NCBI GenBank assembly: GCA_964545565.1
Contig: CAZJGT010000001.1
Location: forward strand, 5,401-60,165
Origin: an uncultured Thermoleophilia bacterium
GTDB taxonomy: Bacteria; Actinomycetota; Thermoleophilia; UBA2241
DNA length: 54,765 nucleotides
Direction of reading: 5' to 3'
How positions within the stretch are numbered: the first letter of the stretch is position 1; each line of letters starts with the position of its first letter. The notes beneath the pieces are model-generated. The model was given only the letters and a program-made list of their open reading frames with translations, did no database searches and was not told where the DNA came from. Shown here one piece after another: positions 50,722 to 54,765 of the stretch. Both the position numbers and the translations under genes were made by a program.

Positions 50722-52256
50722 TGCAGCCTCAGGGGGTCCTCGGCCCGGGGTTCGTGCGCCTCGAGTCGCGCCGCCAGCCTCGAGCGGGAGACGACGGCGA
50801 GCCCCAGCCCGTACAAGATCCACATCGGCGCGAAGCTCACCGAGCTGCTCGGCCCGACGGATGCGATCGTCCAGCCGATGAGGCCCAGCCACGTCCCGCA
50901 GGCCAGATAGCGGGTCAGGGGATCGGGGTCGTGCCGGGCGACGGGCCAGAGCGCCAAGACCAGCAAGAGGAAGAAGACCAGATGAAGGGCGAACCCCACG
51001 AGGCCGCCGTCGGCGTAGGTCTCAAGCCACCAGTTGTGCAGGTTGCTGATGCCCAGGGCGTCGGTGCCGGAGCCGATGATGCCCTCGGCTTGCCCCGGAC
51101 CGGCGCCGAGGAGCCAGGTGTCGCCGGCGATCCCAAGGCCGCGCTCCGTCAGGCTGGTGCGGATCGCTCCCGAGCCCTTGTTGGCCTGCGCCTGGCTGAG
51201 CAGCGCCTCCAGGCGGAATTGCCGCAGCATGGCGTTGGGGCTGTCGTTGAAGAGCAGCCAGCCGGCGACCGCCACCAGCGCCAGGATCACCAGCCCCATC
51301 GCGATCTTGCCTGCCCGGCTGGAGAGCCTTGGCCCCAGGTGCCAGAAGAGGGCCACCGCGGCCAGCGACGAGATGCCGGCGGCGAGCAGGCTCGACCGCG
51401 AGCCGGTCCTCACGAAGGCGGCGGCCCCCATGGCCATGAAGAGCAGGGTCAGCCCCAGCCAGCGCAGCTTCCGCGTGAAGAAGAACGCGCAGAGCATGAA
51501 CGGCCAGCAGAGGACGATGTACGTGGCGAGGTCGTTCTGGTTGTGGAAGACGCTGGTGACCGCGTAGGTCTGCGAGGTCACCGTGGTCAGCAGACGCGAG
51601 GTGGGCAGGCGGATGCCGAGACGCGCCTCGAGGATGGTGAAGCCGACGACGAAGGCGTAGCCGACAAGCATGCTGTAGCCGAACCAGATGAGCCGCCGCC
51701 GGCCGCCGCCGGCCACCGCCGTCGCCAGCAGCACTGCCGCCATGGTGACGACGATGGCGATGTAGTTGAGCGCCGCGAGCTTGTCCGGCGCCCAGGCGAC
51801 GCTGAGCAGCAGCCAGGCGAACCAGAGCACGGCGGGGACCGCCAGGTCCTTGGCTGCGAAGGGCAGGGGGTCGCGTACCACGAGCGCGAAGCAAACGCCG
51901 GCATAGACGACGAGCGCGAGTACGACGCGGAAGAGAAAGGCCTGGGGGAAGGCCGGGCTCGCGAACGACGGGCCAAGCAAGGCGAGCAGCGGCAGAGAAA
52001 CGAGCAAGGCCGTGAGGACGGCTCCAACACGGGCCCGTGCGATGCGCCCGCGACCAAGCAGCACCAGCGCCCCGAACGACAGCACCGCGAGGGCTCCGAC
52101 GACGGCGACGGGGCGCAGGGTCGCGGCGGCGGCGAGCAGCGCGGTGAGCGCGGCGCCGCCGGCGAGCAGCGCGGCGTCACCGCGGCCCGGCCGCGGCCGT
52201 CGAGCCGCCACGGATCCGGGGCCGGCGCTTGCGTCCGTCGAGGAGCCGACGCTCAT
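50718..52256 (-). CDS. O-antigen polymerase/ligase-family (Wzy_C-type) membrane protein
   Basis: About 12 TM helices with a large external loop (...RTGSRSSLLAAGISSL...GSGAIRTSLTERGLGIAGDTWLLGAGPGQ...NLHNWWLETYADGGLVGF). Confidence 0.8.
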   Translation of the reverse strand: MSVGSSTDASAGPGSVAARRPRPGRGDAALLAGGAALTALLAAAATLRPVAVVGALAVLSFGALVLLGRGRIARARVGAVLTALLVSLPLLALLGPSFASPAFPQAFLFRVVLALVVYAGVCFALVVRDPLPFAAKDLAVPAVLWFAWLLLSVAWAPDKLAALNYIAIVVTMAAVLLATAVAGGGRRRLIWFGYSMLVGYAFVVGFTILEARLGIRLPTSRLLTTVTSQTYAVTSVFHNQNDLATYIVLCWPFMLCAFFFTRKLRWLGLTLLFMAMGAAAFVRTGSRSSLLAAGISSLAAVALFWHLGPRLSSRAGKIAMGLVILALVAVAGWLLFNDSPNAMLRQFRLEALLSQAQANKGSGAIRTSLTERGLGIAGDTWLLGAGPGQAEGIIGSGTDALGISNLHNWWLETYADGGLVGFALHLVFFLLLVLALWPVARHDPDPLTRYLACGTWLGLIGWTIASVGPSSSVSFAPMWILYGLGLAVVSRSRLAARLEAHEPRAEDPLRLQ

Positions 52257-53476
52257 CGGCCCATGGTACCAGCGCCGCCGCCCGGGCGACGGACGCGCGC
52301 GGGCGTCTCGGCCAGGGCGTGCAGGATGGCGGCCAGTTCGCCGGTGAGGCGGCTCATCTCGTAGCGGTCGAGGGCCGCCGGCGCGGCGCTCTCGGTGGCG
52401 CCGTCGCGAACCGCGGCGATGAAGGCCGCCAACGGCGCGGCCATGGGCTCGTCCGGCAGGACGCAGGTGGCGCCACCGACCTCCTGGAAGAGGTGGCGCG
52501 CGGCGGAAGCGGCCGGCGAGATGGCGAAGACGGGCCGGCCGGACTGCAGGTACTCGAACACCTTGCTCGACATGCTCTCCGGCCGGCGTCCGTTCACAAG
52601 CAGCAGCGCGTCGGCTGCGCGCTGGTAGCCGAGGGCGACCGGCAAGGGAGCCAGCGGCTCCACGCGCACGCGGTCGCCGAGGCCGAGCCGCTCGGCGTCC
52701 GGTCGTACCCGGCCTTCATCGATGCCGAGAAACAGCGCCTTGACGTTCGGCGGCTGCGCCGCGAGTGCGGCGAGAAAAGCGGCCACCTGCTGCTCGCGGC
52801 CGTACAGGCGGCCGGTGTGCACGATCCAGAAGCCGTCGCCGAGGGCTACGTCTGCCGGCCGCTCGGCGCGGTCGAACCCGTTGGGAAGCACGTGCGCGCG
52901 ACCGGCGAGCCACGGGTGGCGAGCGACGAGATCGCCGAGGATGGGCTGGTTGATGGCGGTCACCGCCGCGGAGCGGCGCAGCGTCCACGCCTCGAGCCCG
53001 AGGTTGGCGCCGCGGTGCGCCCGCGTGGGGTACCGGCGAAACTGGTACGTCGACCACGGATCGCGGTAGTCGGCGAGCCAGGGCACATCGGCTTGTGCGG
53101 AGAGGATGGCGGCGATCAGGTGCACGCTGGGGCGCGGGGAGCTACTGAAGATGGCGTCGAAACGCTCGCGTCTCACGATCCTCCGCCCCTTGAACACAGC
53201 CGGCCCGACCCAGGCGAAGTACGGGTCGGGCACCGCTACCCAGCGGTTGACCTTTGCGCTGCGCCGGCCGCCGCTGAGAAGTTGCTTCGGCCACGGTACC
53301 GCCGCCCGGAAGACGCGCACGCCGGCCGGGACAGCGGCCGGTCCTTGCGCTGCCGCAGCGAGCACGGAGGGCTCCCAGCCCTCGTCCGGCAGGTGCCGCA
53401 GGAAGCGCACGATGCGGTTCGTACCGGCGCTCGCCATAGGCGGGTACGGGTTGGCGATCACGAGCAGCTTTCTCAC
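52253..53476 (-). CDS. GT-B fold glycosyltransferase (GT4/GT1-like)
   Basis: (V)RKLLVIANPYPPMASAGTNRIVRFLRHLPDEGWEPSVL...; C-terminal ...MSSKVFEYLQSGRPVFAISP. It has GTGA and ATGA overlaps at its two ends. Confidence 0.75.
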   Translation of the reverse strand: MRKLLVIANPYPPMASAGTNRIVRFLRHLPDEGWEPSVLAAAAQGPAAVPAGVRVFRAAVPWPKQLLSGGRRSAKVNRWVAVPDPYFAWVGPAVFKGRRIVRRERFDAIFSSSPRPSVHLIAAILSAQADVPWLADYRDPWSTYQFRRYPTRAHRGANLGLEAWTLRRSAAVTAINQPILGDLVARHPWLAGRAHVLPNGFDRAERPADVALGDGFWIVHTGRLYGREQQVAAFLAALAAQPPNVKALFLGIDEGRVRPDAERLGLGDRVRVEPLAPLPVALGYQRAADALLLVNGRRPESMSSKVFEYLQSGRPVFAISPAASAARHLFQEVGGATCVLPDEPMAAPLAAFIAAVRDGATESAAPAALDRYEMSRLTGELAAILHALAETPARVRRPGGGAGTMGR

Positions 53477-54549
53477 TGGTCCTCCGCGCTCTCGATCCCG
53501 AACGCCTCTGGAAACGCCCCGACAACGGCTCTGATCAGCCGGCGCGCGTTGGCGCGCTTGAAGTGGAAGCCGTCATAGAAGTCACCGGGGTCGCCGTCGA
53601 TCGTGGCGAGCTCGCTGTAGTCGAGGAGGCGGAAGTCGTGTCGCTTCTGCACACGCCTGAGATACGCCATGACCTCCGCATGCCGCTCGCTCCAGCCGGC
53701 CCCGCGCACCGCGGCGAGGAGGCGCGGATGGAGTGGCGCGAGCACGACCACCTGAGAGGTGCCCATCTCGTCGAGCAACGCCACGGTCTTCTCGAAGTAC
53801 CGCTGGGACCGCGGGTACAGCGCCGCGGTCGTGGTCGCGTAGCGTTCAAGAGCGGTGGCGATCGAGTGGTCGATGGCTCGTGAGCGTGGCCGTCCGCGGG
53901 CCTCCGCGAGATCGTAGCGGTTGCGCAGGACGGCGCCGTCGGCGCCGTACCGTGTGCGCGCAAGGTCCTTGCCGGCCGGGACCTCCGCCTGGGTCTGAGG
54001 TAGCTTCTTCTTCTCGGCCCTGATCAGCGCCGGAGGAAACCAGCGGCTCAACCGTTTCTCCTGGACGATGCCCGCCGAGAGCCCCTGCTTGCGGAATGCC
54101 TCCACGTGGATGAACCAGACGATCTGCAGCGGCTTGCCGGGCCGCGTGCGGCGTAGATGGTTGACGAACGCCCAGGCATCCTCGGGGCGTCCGTTCTGGA
54201 AAGCCAGATTGAACGCGGTGCGGCCCGTGAGCCGCCGGAAGTAGGCCGGTTCGATGCGCGTCGCCCGGGAACCGCCGAAGATGAGGATGCGCGGCGGCTC
54301 GGTCGCCTGCCGGAGCAGGCGCAGCTTCACCGTACGGTCGGTGAGCACGAACGGCGGCTTGGCGGGCTGCGCGGCAGCCCCCGAAGCGGCTGCGCCGGCC
54401 GCCGCCTCCGGTTCTCCGGCCACGGGCCGCGCGCAGCCGGCGGCGGAGAGCGCGAGGACCGCCAGGGCGAAGCAGACCGTCGCCCGGCGGCGCGTTCGAC
54501 GCGCCCCCCCTGAGCGGCGCACCAGCCGCTTGTGAGCAGCGGCGTTCAT
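53473..54549 (-). CDS. Secreted lipoprotein, possible SGNH/DltD/AlgX-like esterase or O-acyltransferase accessory
   Basis: Lipobox VLALSAAGC. ILIFGGSRATRIEP resembles block I and DPGDFYDGFHFKR resembles a DxxH block V. The family call is weak. Confidence 0.4.
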   Translation of the reverse strand: MNAAAHKRLVRRSGGARRTRRRATVCFALAVLALSAAGCARPVAGEPEAAAGAAASGAAAQPAKPPFVLTDRTVKLRLLRQATEPPRILIFGGSRATRIEPAYFRRLTGRTAFNLAFQNGRPEDAWAFVNHLRRTRPGKPLQIVWFIHVEAFRKQGLSAGIVQEKRLSRWFPPALIRAEKKKLPQTQAEVPAGKDLARTRYGADGAVLRNRYDLAEARGRPRSRAIDHSIATALERYATTTAALYPRSQRYFEKTVALLDEMGTSQVVVLAPLHPRLLAAVRGAGWSERHAEVMAYLRRVQKRHDFRLLDYSELATIDGDPGDFYDGFHFKRANARRLIRAVVGAFPEAFGIESAEDQ

Positions 54550-54765
54550 GTGATGGTCGTGGTCGAGGGACCCTCGATGAAGTCGACATCTGCGTCCTTC
54601 TCCATCTCGAGCTCTTCTTCCTCGGCGAGAACGTCGTCGGCGCTCAGCCGCGTCGTCCGGTCGGCCTCCGTCGCCGCGGCGCCGGAGGCCGAGGCCGCGC
54701 CGGCCGCGGCGCCGGCCAAGCGCGTGCGCCAGCCGCGTACGTTCTCCATCGGTGAAGAACCGGGT
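54546..54765 (-). CDS. 3' end of an ORF that is open to the right window edge; acidic C-terminus ending in TTTIT
   Basis: ...AEEEELEMEKDADVDFIEGPSTTTIT. The five codons upstream of the ORF-track Met (54749) contain no stop, so the gene may start outside the window. ATGA overlap with the next gene. Confidence 0.4.
   Translation of the reverse strand, partial: PGSSPMENVRGWRTRLAGAAAGAASASGAAATEADRTTRLSADDVLAEEEELEMEKDADVDFIEGPSTTTIT

Noticed and set aside
44193-52364. Large plus-strand ORFs inside the glycan locus (44193-45530, 45698-47449, 48868-50118, 50754-52364)
   Set aside because: Each lies antisense to a minus-strand gene with recognisable motifs (GT4, deacetylase-like, LbH, ATP-grasp, Wzy). 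Their products are Arg/Gly/Asp-rich, without domains or hydrophobic structure.
47338-54749. Graspetide-type RiPP cluster (ATP-grasp plus small peptides 49524-49595 and 54546-54749)
   Set aside because: The 23-aa sORF is too short and lacks a Thr/Ser plus Asp/Glu core. The acidic, Thr-rich ORF is 4 kb from the nearest ATP-grasp and open at the window edge. Wzy, Wzz and glycosyltransferase genes dominate the context.
1-54765. CRISPR arrays, tRNA/rRNA genes, IS elements, integrases, prophage or plasmid genes
   Set aside because: No spacer-repeat periodicity was seen, no non-coding gap is long enough for an rRNA, and no cloverleaf-like segment appears in the few gaps over 100 nt. No transposase- or integrase-like translation was seen in any frame. 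This was an inspection by eye, not tRNAscan or Infernal.

Overview
This is a very GC-rich chromosomal window. Third codon positions are almost all G/C, GTG and TTG starts are frequent, many genes share 4-nt ATGA/GTGA/TTGA start-stop overlaps, and TANNNT -10 boxes often sit only 6-9 nt from a start codon. This fits a Gram-positive, Actinomycetota-type genome, but the taxon cannot be fixed from the sequence alone. I support about 50 protein genes. I recognised no rRNA, tRNA, CRISPR array, transposase, integrase or phage gene. Left to right the window contains:
- A metal-efflux module: a partial P1B ATPase (missing from the ORF track because it runs off the window) and an ArsR/SmtB repressor with a perfect 22-bp operator.
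- terC behind a yybP-ykoY-type Mn riboswitch whose P1 strand overlaps a terminator arm.
- A Cys/Met PLP enzyme, a membrane protein, NRAMP mntH, a USP, a HAD hydrolase and an FAD oxidoreductase.
- A complete Pho module (phoP/phoR-like two-component system, pstSCAB-phoU) with matching CTAAC direct-repeat boxes in both promoters.
- A peptidoglycan-remodelling cluster: SpoIID, SLH-like NlpC/P60 and two tandem L,D-transpeptidases.
- rmlABCD headed by a small unknown gene, then an orphan family-5 solute-binding protein with a C-terminal anchor, an HNH nuclease and RarA.
- A YtxH protein with a 0.5-kb Ala/Glu/Val tandem repeat, and an M28 peptidase fused to a polytopic membrane domain.
- An orphan histidine kinase whose phospho-acceptor His is Gln, and a Cof-type HAD.
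- A stand-alone trpB2 preceded by a leaderless 24-codon Trp-rich leader peptide.
- A REC-degenerate GGDEF-EAL protein, and agmatinase coupled to a C-N hydrolase.
- From 41.7 kb to the right edge, a 13-kb single-strand surface-glycan locus. It mixes Wzy/Wzz/glycosyltransferase genes with two unrelated ATP-grasp ligases, two deacetylase-type enzymes, an LpxD-like N-acyltransferase and an SGNH-like lipoprotein.

The glycan locus is my best candidate for an undescribed system, a peptide- or amino-acid-decorated, N-re-acylated polysaccharide. The trpB2 leader peptide is second. All family calls rest on motifs read by eye from the translations. No database search was run.
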